A stretch of DNA of 64,000 nucleotides, taken from the NCBI GenBank assembly GCA_004022145.1, contig RCNU01000002.1. One strand, given 5' to 3'. The position numbers and the translations under genes were made by a program. The DNA comes from Paecilomyces variotii (lineage: Eukaryota). Below are positions 1 to 13,393 of this stretch, piece by piece; the stretch's first letter is position 1, and every line of letters starts with the position of its first letter. The notes beneath the pieces are model-generated. The model was not told the origin of the DNA and did no database searches. It saw only the letters and a list, made by a program, of their open reading frames with translations.

Positions 1-2777
1 TTGCGGGGATGAGGTCGCCTGCAACAGCACTAGCATCTGCCGGAGTGCTGAGAGAGACGTCTTCCCAACTGTCAACGCTAAGAGCCCTAGAGGGACTCTC
101 GGATTCCATCTTGATCAAGGTCTTCAGAATCGCTTCCAAAGAAAGCGGCTCCTCAGCAGTGGCTTCGCTTATCAGGAAGTTTATTCTTCTTTGGAGAAGT
201 CTCAGAGGCTCAAGGAACGTCTTTATAGTGATCCTGCCCGGGGTATCTTGTCCTATTGGCGGAGCAACGTGGAGGAACAAGAAATCGCAATCTCTTCCGG
301 GCGCAGCAGTAACCTCTGTAACTGCGCTAAGTTGGACGCTTGTTGTTAAAACAAGGCCATAATAATGGCTGTAGAAATAGATGTTTCGTGTCGTAACATA
401 GGCTCTGCCGGGGAACTCCTGTTGGTCGTTCGGGCTCCAGGTAGCTCTAAAGACTAAAACCAAGCTCTCTTCTCTGTTCACATTTGGGAAAAGAAGCCGG
501 AACTGGGCATCTTGTGTCCTGAGCAGCTGAGGATAATAGCTAGGGTACTCGTGCGGAACTCCGATAGCAGCCCTCTGCAATTTGGCTGCGTCTCCATCCA
601 GACTAACTGTTTGTCGGTGACGCGGTCCTGAACGTTGAGTCGGAGCTGCAGAGTCATCTGACTCTGCCGCAATGGCGTTCTTTGACGAATCACTCATAGG
701 AGATCCAGGCTTCTTCACCGACGAGCCCTCCCCGTTAGATTCCGGCTGAAGAGCCCTTTCACGCTCCAGCTTATTAACAAAACCCCAGTTAGAGCTGCCC
801 CAGAGATTGGCCATCATCCCGCTCGGCATGCCCCCCGTGTTGTCTGAGAATCCAAGTCCTATTCCTCTCTCATTGCTCACGATAACGCAAGCCTTGCTCA
901 TACTTGTGGGAGCAGGAGGATTAGCCAACGTGGGCGGTGCTAGAGACGTTGGAGGAGCTTCACGAAGATTGTAAGTGCGACTCTTGGCTCCGTCGTCCGT
1001 TGTATGCACGGGCAAGGGAAGAATACTATGACTCGCGGAGATCAGGCTCGCGATACCACCAGAAGGAGGCGGCATAGGTGAGCTCGGTCCAGTCGTATTC
1101 GATTTGCGGTGTAGATCCAGTTTCTGAATTATCCTTGCTGCGTGATCTCGTCCGCTCGATTCTTCCCTATCTCCAGTGAGCCGTCTCGAACTGTGGAATT
1201 CGGCGCTGTTCCGCATGGCCAGGCCGTCCCGCTCAGGAACAGGTAGACTCCCGTTTCGATCTGTTGAAGGTAGCTCATCATTCGCATTAGGAGTTAGAGA
1301 CTCGGAGGGATCGGCCGCAAATTCTGGCGCTGGAGGCTGAGAGATCGAAAATGCAGGATCTTGCACCGTGAGCTTTCCCGAAACTGAAAGGTCGGTACTC
1401 GCAGGGTTCTCCAGAGCCTTTTGTTTAGCTGCCTCAAAGGAATTGATCCATTCCATCAGTTCCTTCTGGGACTCTGCTTGCAGCATTATAGTATTGTTTT
1501 TCGTCTTGACCTCGAAACAAAATCTTCGTTCTTCTTGAAACGCTGGTCGAATGCTGCAGAGCAACACGCCTATTCTTTCGCTTTCTTCCACACCTCCAGT
1601 TCGAGAGCCTTGTACGAGACAGCCAAATATTCCGTTCTTGAGAAAAGCCCAGCGTCTAACCCACACCGTTCGAGTAGGCTTTCCCGTGAACGTCCTGAGA
1701 TACAGCCAGCCCTGCTTCTCTGGTTTGATTCCTTTGTCTTTGGATAGCTTGAGAGATGGCGGGCCATGAGAACCAAGATAAGGAACCGTAGAGACAGAGT
1801 AGTCCTCGAGCTCGCGAGAAGGCCTCGCCGCGTGCTCAGCAGCTTCTTCGATCTGTTTCCTGGCGGAAAGCAGTTCCCGACGAGAGTTTCTTTCGCTAGT
1901 CTCCATCTCATGTGTCCAGCCCTTGATACGTTCCATCTCGGGGCTGCATTTGGTGAACGTCGCAACATGGGTGTCATGGATGGTTTTGGCTTCCCGCCAT
2001 TGATCGAAGAATATCCGTACCAATAATCGATCCAGCGCATTCCGAACTTGAGGTGCCTGAATACAGAAGTCCATAGAGGCTTTCAGATAAGCCTTACGAG
2101 CCTCGTGGAGCTGAAAGGCGTCTTCTCTGAGGGCAGATGGTTCTTTCGTCTTCGCTTGGCCCGAATATCTAGCCAGGAGATGGTCGTACTGTTTCTGGGT
2201 TTGATCTAAGATACGGCGAGTCTCCTGCAACGATGTGAGACATGGACTCTAGCGCCCGCATGAACTAAGAGACGCACCTTGAAATTTCGCAAGTCTCCCT
2301 GGATAAACGCCTTGATGGGTTCAACGACCAGCTGATCCAGTCTCCTCATCGTTGTGATCATTCCATTCCAAATCTCCCTGGCGCTTTCGCCATACCGCTT
2401 CATCGCCTGCAGTGTGTAGTCATGGTCGAGGACGGCTTCGGAGACGTTGATCGGGTTCGTGGTGTACGCCAGAAATGTGTTTGTTATACTCTCAAAAGCA
2501 GACAGCTCTGCTGTAAGTTTTGCTGCGGACTTGGCGTATCCATCGAGCCATCTTTCTATGAACTCGATCTGGCCGGCAATATGTAGGGTGCTCGCACGGA
2601 AGGTTGGAGAGTCAAGAGCAGCTTCTTTTAGTCCGACGGGTCTATATAGGCTGTCAGCAACTCGTTCAAGCTGTCAAACGGGATAACAGAGCAAATGCGA
2701 AAAAGAATTTGGCTGGCATACACGACACTGACCAGCTTCCCGTGCTGGGGTACGGGGGAATGTTGAGACGTCGACAT
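1..2777 (-). CDS. SIP3: SIP3/LAM1-family sterol-transport protein (BAR-PH-VASt type), 3' end runs off the window
   Basis: Exon 1 MSTSQHSPVPQHGKLVSVV (ATG 2777), GTATGC...TAG intron, then PVGLKEAALDSPTFRA...SEAVLDHDYTLQAMKRYGE...VEPIKAFIQGDLRNF, the recognisable N-terminal BAR region of fungal Sip3/SipA3. The coding sequence continues to position 1. Confidence 0.85.
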
Positions 2778-3262
2778 CTAGCGCACCTGTCGAGCTGTAC
2801 GACAATGCACGAGTCGATGAGAAGCCCTTGCCCAACTGTCACCGCCACTGAAGCGCAAACGAGAACACAAACATACAGGTCTACGTCCCATTCGACTCCA
2901 ATCTCTCGAAGTCGTTTGATGGATGGAGACCATTCATGTATTATTGTCGAGATGCTGTTCAGCGCGTCACCCTGGTGAGACCGAGTGAGACGATCCGGGG
3001 TCGGAGCACGGCGGCTATTGGTCAAATACGTCAGAGACTAGAGGCGATAGTCAGTGGAGAATCTCCGCCGCCTGAGGCTGCAATACGCCGATACGAGGGC
3101 GGTGTGGTCGAGCGTTTTTTTCTGCCGCCCACTGCAACTTTTTTCCTGTAGACGGACTAACGCCGCGCTGGGGACGACTACTGTCTGAGGTTTGCAATCG
3201 CTGCCAGTCTCTGGCCTTTCTTCATTCTGCATTGTTCTGTTCTCTGATTTTCTTCAATCATC

Positions 3263-5167
3263 ATGGAGCCGCCTGCCAAGAAACCCAGGACGCTCCTCGA
3301 CGACAGTTCGAGCGAGTCTGAAGGCGAAAGCGGAGGTGTTCGCCTAAACGGCGACAAGGCGACTGGCGAGCCAGTGCTGAAAATCAACGAGGAGTATGCG
3401 CGCCGTTTTGAGTACAACAAGAAAAGAGAGGAAAAGCAGCAGTGTGAGTCCCGGCTGTCGAACACCACTCATATTTGCTGGTACTGATTTCAATTCCAAA
3501 TAGTGGAGGCCAAACTGGGTAAATCAGTTGCTTTTGGTAAAAAGAGAGCGCACGATGATGATGATGAAGATGCATCCGGCGGCTCTGACGAGTCATCGTC
3601 AGAAGAAGAAGATGAGGATGGAGAACTGGTTACACCGGATCTCGACAACGAGATCATGGCTACCTTGAATGCGATCAAATCAAAAGATCCGAGGGTCTAC
3701 GACAGCAATGTGACATTCTACTCTAAATTCGACGAAGATGCGTCCGGAAAGCCTGCAGAAAAGAAGGAGAAGGACAAGCCTATGACCCTGCGCGACTACC
3801 ACCGCGAGAACTTGCTGAAAGGTGTGGCAAACGGAGAAGAGGAGGAAGAGCAAGCTCCCAAGTCTTTCGCGCAGGAACAGGAGGATCTGAAGAAGACCAT
3901 CGTCAAGGAAATGCATGCTGTGGCGGATGGATCGGATGACGAGGATGACGGTTTCCTTGTTCAAAAATCAGTCACACATCCTCCTCCTGAGCCTAAGAAG
4001 AATATCGAACTGGATGTCGAAAACGCGGACAAAGACCCAGAGACTTTCTTGTCGAATTTCATGGCTGCCAAGGCGTGGATTCCTGCGGGCGGATCAAATG
4101 GCCTGAAACCGTTCGAGTCAGATGACGAAGAGGAGGATCAGAGGGCGGAATTGTTCGAAGAAGCGTACAACTTCCGGTTCGAAGACCCCAACAAGGTCAA
4201 TGAGAGATTAATCACTCATGCCCGTGATGCAACCAAGGAGATATCCGTCCGTCGGGAGGAAAAGAGCAGCCGCAAGAAGCGCAGAGAGGCGGAACAACAG
4301 AAGAGGGAGGAAGAAAAGAAGCAGCGCGAGGCGGAGAAGAACCGTCTCCGCAAACTGAAGATGGAAGAGCTTGAGGAGAAGGTCAATAAAATCAAACAGG
4401 CTGCAGGCATCAGAGCTTCCGAGTTCACGGATGAGGACTGGGCTCGATTCCTTGATGATAATTTTGACGATAAGCAGTGGGAGGAGGAAATGCAAAAGCG
4501 CTTCGGTGAGGACTACTATGCTGCGCAGGAAGAGATTGAGAGCGGAGATGAGGACGGCCATAAGAAGAAGCGGAAGCCCAAGAAGCCTACGTGGGATGAT
4601 GATATTGACATCACAGATCTGGTCCCTGACTTCGAGGCAGAGGAAGAGAAGCCTGATGTCGATATGGACGAGGAAGACGGCGAGGAGGGATCTAAGAAGA
4701 GCAAGGGGCAGGAACGCAGAGAAAAGAAACGCGAAGCCCGCAAGGAGAAGATGCTGATTGAAGAGGCCGTTGACCGTAACCTTGACCTTGACCCTACTCT
4801 TCTCCCGGGTGCTACCAAGAAGAACGCTGGGCGTTTCCGCTACCGTGAGACATCACCCACGAGCTTTGGTCTGACGGCCCGAGACATCCTCATGGCCGAT
4901 GACGCGCAGCTGAACCAGTTCGCTGGTCTGAAGAAGCTTGCCCCCTTCCGCGACCCGGAGAAGAAGCGACGGGACCAGAAGAAGCTCGGAAAGAAGGCCA
5001 GGGTAAGGCAATGGCGCAAGGAGACCTTCGGAGACGAAGAAGGACCGAAATGGGAGATCCCTGTGCACGAACCTGCTCCTCAGAAGGAGGGCAACGACGA
5101 TGAGATGAAGGTCGACATTCGCGAGGGAGGATCCAAGAAGAAGAGGAAGAGATCGAAGAAGCATTAA
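3263..5167 (+). CDS. KRI1: Kri1, 40S ribosome biogenesis protein
   Basis: LKINEEYARRFEYNKKREE, FEEAYNFRFEDP and FRYRETSPTSFGLTARDILMADDAQLNQFAGLKKLAPFR (Kri1_C) motifs; one intron at 3444-3503 (GTGAGT...TAG). Confidence 0.95.
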
Positions 5168-6340
5168 AGTTGTGTACAAATGCATTGGATGAGTATATCC
5201 CGGGAGTTGTATCCCTGCCTCCCACGCTCCATGTGATCAGTTTAGTTAGTTATATTGGGTCCAAAAGTGAATAGTTGCGACTATTGATTGTCACCATACA
5301 GGCGCAAGTGGATAATTATTGTCATTTTCTCCTTTTTTTTTTCTACCTCCCGTTCGTGATTCAGTAGTTTAATTGAACACAGGAGACCCTAGCACTCCGG
5401 GTTACCATACTGCACTTTTAACCTCCTCCTTCAATCCGGTTCAAGAAAGGTTATGTGTTGTCGTCTAGAAGTGAACATCATTTTGATTCCAATATTGACA
5501 AGGAAGATTGCAAGTACTCACAATGTTGCATAAACCCAGAGACTGCATCGTTAGGTACTCAGCGTTCCCTCAGAAAATATATATTCCGAGCGACCAATAA
5601 TCGCATCGACAACCCAAGATCATCCCTAAGCTTTGTCAAACTAGTCACCACCCTATTAACAAACTCCATAGCAATATTATCATTATTATAACGCTGAGAT
5701 CAAATCGCCATCAACCCATTGCTATGCGTGAGTTCTAGCCTAGTTACCTGAACTGAGCGAGTATGGCAGTGATAGTTATCTCGGCATTCCCCGTGCACGA
5801 GCCTTGCAGGAAGGAAATCGAGTCGAGCTACCTGCCTACCTTAGGTAGCTAGCTTCGTAGCTCCCCAGCTAGCTAGCTGATGATAGTTAAATAGCAGCCA
5901 AGCAGAAATGACCAAATCATCGCAGCCAGATGCTAAGTTATATTCTTACTAGAAGCTAATGCAAGAAAGTAAGGAAAAAGATAGACTAAAAGCGGACTTT
6001 TTTCCTTTGGTTCTTTTGACAGCTGTATAAAAACCCCAATGAGAAAAAACTCTGCATCTGAATGACGTCTAGACTTTTCGTTTTTATTTTTCTCCTTATC
6101 TAAGTTGATAATGCTGCCCAAAGATCTTTTCTTGTTGGGTTTCTCTTGTTTTTGAGCTTCGTGCTCCTTGCTGGGAAGAAAGAGCGGTCAGAAGAAGCTA
6201 TAGCTCATGTCGGATGGCAGGCATGTTTGGGCTTTTGGCTTCGACGCGTGCTACGGGGTCCTCATTACCTGTGTTAGGTAGGTAGGTAGTGAGCTATGGA
6301 GTTTTTATGTCAATGCGTAGAGGACTGTTAACTCCTCTTA

Positions 6341-6343
<3 letters not shown>

Positions 6344-6375
<32 letters not shown>
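6344..6375. repeat. (AG)16 microsatellite
   Basis: Direct read of the sequence; short (AAT)n runs follow at about 6400-6590. Confidence 0.95.
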
Positions 6376-6377
<2 letters not shown>

Positions 6378-8156
6378 AATCTCTTGAGAGAGTCGCGAGA
6401 ATAATAATAACGAGAGTTGTCCGATAACAAATTCCGCGAATCGCAACAAAGAGATAAAATAATAATAATAATAATCCGAGCGTCGGGAAGTGTCTCTCTT
6501 CTTCCGTATTAATTAGCGGAGGGGGCTCCACTGGCCCCAAAATAAATCATACTCTACGTAGTACGGGTAAACAATAATAATAATAATAGCAGAAGTTTCT
6601 TCTTCTCGTGCGTGGAATGTTACTTCGGGGGGAATTATGCTTTCTAGGCGTCCTTCTGAGCCTTGTCGTGCACACAGTAGTAACCTGAGTCTAGTATTAT
6701 TGGGGGAGGTATTTGCACAGCACGCACACATAGAAAAGAAAGCAGAAACTTCTGGCTTTTGATATTTGGGATTTTGATCTCTTCTCTCAGAGTGCAGTTC
6801 TCACGGTCAAAGGAACGTGCCCCGGACTAAGTAGAGAGGACAGGTGGATAGATACGCACCCTGCCTTACCGACCCAGTCATGATTATTATTGGACACGGC
6901 ACTTTTTTTTCTCCCATATGGATATTATTTAATGAATGGTAACGAACGAACCATTGGTGGCGAACTGAAGATGGAAAGTAGTCGTGTGGCTTGCTCGTGT
7001 TTGCTTGTGTCTCTCCGGTGGGGAATGAATATCTGCCGTGGTAAGGTCAAAGTCTCAAGAACACGAGATACTATACGATAGAGGTATAAAAACGGGTGTT
7101 CTTGGAGATATGTCCTCAATTGAGTTTGTTATCCTCTTGCCAGCAAGGCAAGTTACCTGGACTAATGACGGTTTACAGCTGCATACATTGGTAGGCCACG
7201 TTTGGGTACATGAATGTACCATATGTATGTACCTAAGGAGGCCCATCTAGCGGACTTCATCTGCAGGATATTACTGCTAGATAGTGTGAAGAGGAAAATC
7301 GATCCTGAACAACCGATCTCTGGTTCTGATGACGCGCCTCATCCAGTATAGATCAGCATTTCGCTGACCAGCTCAGTCGACGGCCATGGGATCCGGTACC
7401 GTGGGCCACGAAAGCAAGCTGGCTGGATGGGTGCGCAATTCGCTGGTCATCGGTGGCGGCGAGGGCGAGCAGGATATCAGCAAAGAGATGCGTCCTGTAT
7501 AACTAGCAGTTGGTTATGTTAGAACTCTACATAAAAAGATGGATGAACAAATGGATTTAGCGTATTCTAATTGACACTTTGGGAGAGGCTCGAGAGATTA
7601 ATATTAATATTTTGCCATCGGTGGCCGGGGAAGCCTCGGGAGTGGGGAGAGAGAGAGAGGCCCAGGACAGAAAGGGGGCCGGCAAGACGGGGAGAAGGAA
7701 GAGCTGGAAGCAGGTCAGCCGCGGGCCCCGAGAGGATAGTTAGCAGCAGCAGCAGCAGCAGTAGCAGTAGCCGGCTGTTACCAGGGCGGCAGTGGAGACC
7801 CAGAAGAATCAAAATAATTCTTTAAAAAATAATACACCAGATCACTGGCAGAATCGAATTTTTTCGCTGTTATGGCGACGATCGGGAGATGTCGGTTGCC
7901 TGGGCCAAGGTTAGCCTAGCGGTTTTTTTCGCCCAGTGGAGGCAGCCCGGCCAACTCCAGTCCTGTAGGCCCTCCTAGCGCCGCCCAGCTCGCTTCTTCC
8001 CGCTTACAAGAGCCGGCGCTCGCTATTTTTTCTTCCCTTCCTCCCTTCTCTCCTTCTCTTCTTCCCATCACATCCGGTGTCTTGTCTCTCACTCGACACA
8101 CTCTTTCCCTCTCCTCTCTTTCATCTTTCTAGTTTGCGTGCGTCGCAGCTGTCAAG

Positions 8157-9683
8157 ATGGCCAAGGGTGAAGTTAACCAGGCGGAGAAGTCCGTCCTCGG
8201 CATGCCGGTAAGTCCACCTGGTCTCTTGTCTGCCCATCGAGATCCGTCTCTCCACCCATCGCAACGCGCGTGAAACCCGCCTGCATTCATCGCAGGGCTC
8301 TTGCGATGCTGGGACAGAGTCGAGGTCGAGTGGTTACAGGCAGTTTTGCTCGATTGAGCCACAGAATGCTGACGGTGTCGTGGTTGATAGGGATTCGTCG
8401 TCGACTTCCTGAGTACGTTGGAACCCAATCGAGCCTCAATTGATCCTTCGATTGTTCTCTAGTCTAGAGCGATCGAATTGGCTATCAATCAAGAGCCTGT
8501 AAAGTGCTGTGAATGGTTCAGTGAACTGACTTGCATGTAGTGGGTGGTGTTTCCGCCGCCGTCTCGAAGACCGCTGCCGCCCCCATTGAGCGTATCAAGC
8601 TCCTGATCCAGAACCAGGTAGGCATTAACCCTCTCGAGCTTCCGTGAAATGGAAGGAAATGTCTTTTTTTTTGGTCCTCAATGGGCGTCATCTCGATCGT
8701 GCAGTCGTCGATACGCCTCAATTTCGCCGACCGAAAAAATTTTTTCCTTCCGGCTCTCGGCATGCCGGCTACTCTTCGAAGGGGGGAACAAGGACTAATG
8801 CGACTGCGCTATAGGATGAGATGCTTAAGGCTGGTCGTCTCGACCGCAAGTACGACGGTATCATGGACTGCTTCCGCCGTACTGCTGCCTCTGAGGGTGT
8901 CATGTCCCTGTGGAGAGGTAACACTGCCAACGTCATCCGTTACTTCCCTACCCAGGCCCTGAACTTCGCTTTCCGTGACACCTACAAGTCGATGTTCGCC
9001 TTCAAGAAGGACCGTGATGGATACTGGAAGTGGATGGCCGGTAACCTGGCCTCCGGTGGTGCTGCTGGTGCCACTTCCCTCCTGTTCGTCTACTCTCTCG
9101 ACTACGCCCGTACCCGTCTGGCCAACGACGCCAAGTCCGCCAAGGGTACTGGTGAGCGTCAGTTCAACGGTCTCGTCGACGTCTACAAGAAGACCCTCGC
9201 TTCCGACGGTATTGCCGGTCTCTACCGTGGTTTCGGTCCTTCCGTTCTGGGTATCGTTGTCTACCGTGGTCTGTACTTCGGCATGTACGACTCTATCAAG
9301 CCTGTTCTCCTGGTTGGTCCTCTTGAGGGCTCCTTCCTCGCTTCCTTCCTGCTCGGCTGGACTGTCACCACTGGTGCCGGTATTGCTTCTTACCCTCTGG
9401 ACACTATCCGTCGTCGTATGATGATGACCTCTGGTGAGGTAAGTATCTTCTTATATACCCTACATTCTGAGGGCATTGGCTGATTCACCATCCACAGGCC
9501 GTCAAGTACAGCTCTTCCCTCGATGCCGCCCGCCAGATCGCCGCCAAGGAGGGTGTCAAGTCCTTCTTCAAGGGTGCTGGTGCTAACATCCTCCGTGGTG
9601 TTGCCGGTGCTGGTGTCCTGTCTATCTACGACCAGGTTCAGCTCCTGCTCTTCGGCAAGAAGTTCAAGGGTGGCTCTGGCTAA
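8157..9683 (+). CDS. AAC: Mitochondrial ADP/ATP carrier (adenine nucleotide translocator)
   Basis: Exons about 8157-8207, 8391-8412, 8541-8617, 8815-9438 and 9498-9683 with GT..AG introns; RRRMMM signature and [23 protein letters not shown]; strongly biased codon usage. Confidence 0.98.
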
Positions 9684-10179
9684 ACAGTTTCTCTCATCGA
9701 GTCTGTTTATGTTAAGACCCCCAGTTTGGGGAAAGGGGATGATCATCGCCTGATCTAATTTATGTATGGTTAAGCGGTGACTGGAGGTGTCCAAGATAGA
9801 GATGTGCATCAAGGTGGTTACGGTCATTCTTGACGCATAAAGCAGTGTGGCTTTTCCTTTGGACCCGTTGTACTTTACTGCCTGCAAGCTTTTTTCTCCG
9901 TCTGTACTTCCATGGTATGCAATAAATTTGCTCACTTGTTTTGGGGAATCTCTTAAAACCCTGCGCTCGGATGCGATGCGCATCTCAGCAATGTAGAATT
10001 CGGACAGATCGCGACATGTCACGTGTGCAGGACACCCGCGTCACGTGAGATGACGTCCTCAGCCGCATCCATCGAGCTCCATCATACCTCTTACGCTGAG
10101 CTTTATCTTGTAGAGATTATTCTAAATCTCAAGACTTCTTTCTGTCCAGATTTGAGACATTCAAAGTGGCCCGGTAACG

Positions 10180-10935
10180 ATGGCGCCAATAACCGGTGTG
10201 CCAACTTTCGGCAGTGCTCCCATAAACCCTAATACGGCAACTACTGCATCCCATGCTTCAGGGACGACTCCTCAGACGGCGTCCTCGAATCCTGAGGCTC
10301 GTGGAGACAATGAGGCTACAGTCACTGCTGCAGAAGCCGCGACATCGACATCGACGTATCCACAAGCACAGCCAGGTGCCGTTCCAGTCCCAGGTCCAGC
10401 TCCGACGGGTGCTGTAAGTGCATCTCTATATACACCCACGCCCATTACGACCTCTCCTCCCACGACAACAACGGATCAAAGTGCTCTGTCTCCGCCTGCT
10501 CCACAGCCGGGGTCGCGCCCTATTCCTCCACCTGCAGCATCGCAGTCAGCAGGAGCCAATGACCTGCCTCCACCTCCAAAGGTCGGCGAGGTGCCCAAAC
10601 CCGCATCGTACTATACGCGAGCGACGCCACCAACAGCAACGGCTGGCACTGGCACTGGCTTTGGATATACCACCCAGGCAACGCCTGCACAGGGCCTGAA
10701 CGTCCCAAATTCAACTTCTACTCCGTATAATACGATGTATCAACCTCCTGCGAATAACACGCAGCTCCCGACCTATAATTATGGTGCTGCAAGCAGAGGA
10801 CCAGGTGGAGATGTATTCCAGGACGAAGAGGAAGGAGTAGGTCAGGCAATATGGAAGACTGCGAAGTCGTGGGTGCAGACGGCGGGATCGAAGCTTGCGG
10901 AGGTGGAGGCTGAGGTATGGAAGAGGGTTGGTTAG
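10180..10935 (+). CDS. Pro/Thr-rich hypothetical protein with a C-terminal amphipathic helix
   Basis: 251-aa ATG-started ORF with a low-complexity body, a PPPPKVGE motif and a WKTAKSWVQTAGSKLAEVEAEVWKRVG tail resembling a conserved Pezizomycotina hypothetical family. Confidence 0.75.
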   Translation: MAPITGVPTFGSAPINPNTATTASHASGTTPQTASSNPEARGDNEATVTAAEAATSTSTYPQAQPGAVPVPGPAPTGAVSASLYTPTPITTSPPTTTTDQSALSPPAPQPGSRPIPPPAASQSAGANDLPPPPKVGEVPKPASYYTRATPPTATAGTGTGFGYTTQATPAQGLNVPNSTSTPYNTMYQPPANNTQLPTYNYGAASRGPGGDVFQDEEEGVGQAIWKTAKSWVQTAGSKLAEVEAEVWKRVG

Positions 10936-11883
10936 GTTGATATGGTGTACTTTCTAAATTCGATGATGGGTTCATTTGCTTTGCTTGGGAAAGAAGAGAT
11001 GAGATGAGCGAGTGAATGGATGGATGGATTGCTAGCGATAGGATATTGCCTTGGGTAGGATTCGTGGTTTCTATAGTCTCGATCAGTCTTGTGGTCCTTG
11101 TGATATGATACCGATACTTACCATGCAGGACATGGGCGGGCGTTAGTGATTCAATATACACAGATTACAATTATCTTTTTCCTGGGTATATATATTTTTT
11201 ATGTGTATATGATTATGGGCTAAAGAGATAGAGCAATCGTAATGGAGTAGTGAGGCGCATTCTTTATATGATCCTATATCATATATCAACAACTAACATC
11301 TAAATTTTCCAGTTCCAGCAAGAGAAGAGAAATATCGTGCCCACGAGTTATATTATCCTCAACCCAGCAGGAGCAACAGCGATATTTAACCCGATGCAAA
11401 TCTTGCATTAACATCAACTCACCCAACTCTCCCTAATCTTATCCCATTTCAGAACTAGAAACAAAAACAGAAACGATGCCTGATGTTTTTAAAGATTCTA
11501 CCCCATAAAGCTCAGATGGACCTCAAATCCCACCCACAGCATACTTACGGAAAGCTAACTAATCGCCACAACCTGCAAGAATTGCTGCAGAATACTTACC
11601 CAAGTTCATACATACTTACATAAATACATACAATCCCCTTCCTCATGATATGATATAAGACGAAGAGAGCAATCGCGTTTAGTTAAGTCAGCTTATCTGG
11701 TTTCTGGATCAAGTTAAGACACACATAAGTTAGCCAAATCTCTTATGAGGTGAAAAGAAAAAAGTCGCTCTCTGCCAGTTGTCAATATTCAACCGAGTTG
11801 AAGTGAGCTGGATTTACCATTAAGTCAGTAACTATCAGTATCAGGTTGATTGACACAATATGGCACGCTCTCAACCGTCCAAG

Positions 11884-11920
<37 letters not shown>

Positions 11921-11937
11921 AAAAGAAAAAGAAAAAA
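11884..11937. repeat. Poly(A) tract (A35 followed by GAAAAA units)
   Basis: Direct read of the sequence. Confidence 0.9.
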
Positions 11938-13393
11938 TTCACAATCGACTCCCTCCCAATTCCATAGGTATCGAAGCACACTCCCTTTCAAAGCAGACAA
12001 GATCCCTCGAAGATAAGACTATACTCCTCTGCTGGATCCGCATGCAACACTGCGTGGGGGCGAACTCAGGGGACCGTGATAACCAACAAAAGAGCTGCGA
12101 TACGTTAACTAGGTTGAACATCGAACCCTTACATCTAACAGTCATAACTCTGAAATAAAAGCAAATTCCTAATTCTCAATTGTATTAGATAATGGACGTT
12201 GCTGCACTGCGCTGCGGGGTAGGGGCGTGTTCTGGATGAAAGTGCCTTCCTTGTCTTGGGTGTTGGTCTGCGCGTTTGTTCTCTACTTGAGCTGGAGAAG
12301 ATGATCACAACTTTTCATAGTCATGATGCTTTTCAATAAGCGCTACAAGCTCAAGTGGCCCGTTTCCCGATCGAGATATCAAGTTGGTGGTACACAACGG
12401 ACGTTTAATACGCCTCGTGTGGGGTTGAACAGGCGTGCTATATCGCAGTGGATGGCTATATAAGTACACCAGAGCCAAGTTGCACCCACACATCTACTAG
12501 AAAAATGTTTGATCCTACAACTTAAAAAGACACGATATCCAGGGCGAGCTCGAATTCGAGCATCTTGATTTAAGTATCTAGACCTAAACTCATAGATATA
12601 CTAAAGCCCAGGAATGTTGGTCGACAGATATCACCCAGTGCAATCAATGAAGACGACCAAGGTGGGTTGAAGTAGGCCACTGAAACGCAACAAGAAAAGA
12701 GCCCATATCAGTACGATACAGCTAAGACGACCAACTGGAACTCTCCGTCGTCCATGGCACATTTTCTCTTCCAACCAAAGGAGTCCATCGCCAGTCTGGG
12801 AACCTCGCTGGAGGCTCCTCGCATAGTACCGTTATCATGATTAGAAAGGAATATGCCAAATAAGTGTCATAACGACCTGTTCCCGCAGTGCATAGGCCAT
12901 AGGATCCGCAGGGACAGTACCGAAAGAAAATAGACCGCATCGTAGGAATAAGCAGCGGAAACTGGTGAGCTGCATAAACCAGAGCAGGGGGTATTCGCGC
13001 AAGTCAGAAAGACAAGGCAGTAGCGGCCGAGCATTCAGCGCATGTCCTGGCGCAGGCTCAAGGCCGTCGTGGCTAGAATCCACGAAAGAGTATCCCAAAA
13101 CGATAATGACAGAAGTGTACAATAGAACGCCATATTGCCCAAAGGCAAGGTATCCCAAATCCCAAAGTTCCTCGTCCCAATCCGAAACCCAATACCAGAA
13201 AGCACTATTCCAGCCAGCTGCACAGTGCAATGTATGCCAATTAAAAACTGGCGTCTCAATAGAACGACCATATAAGGAATGTCATGAAATATGTGCACGC
13301 AGTCAGTCCGGCGCGGACCAGCTTCAGCCGGTCAGGAGTGCAACCTATTTCCAAGAACGCGAAATATAAAAGCCTGCGCCGATGAATATGATG

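Noticed and set aside
9-3232. Numerous short ORFs over the SIP3 region
   Set aside because: Alternative-frame or antisense fragments of the SIP3 gene and its divergent promoter.
7370-7830. Possible spliced divergent transcript upstream of the ADP/ATP carrier (CTAAC...CAG on the minus strand near 7495)
   Set aside because: Only a lone acceptor-like signal and tiny ORFs; not supportable without RNA data.
11884-11937. Retroposon poly(A) tail
   Set aside because: No target-site duplication or recognisable element body upstream; treated as a simple homopolymer whose length may be inexact.
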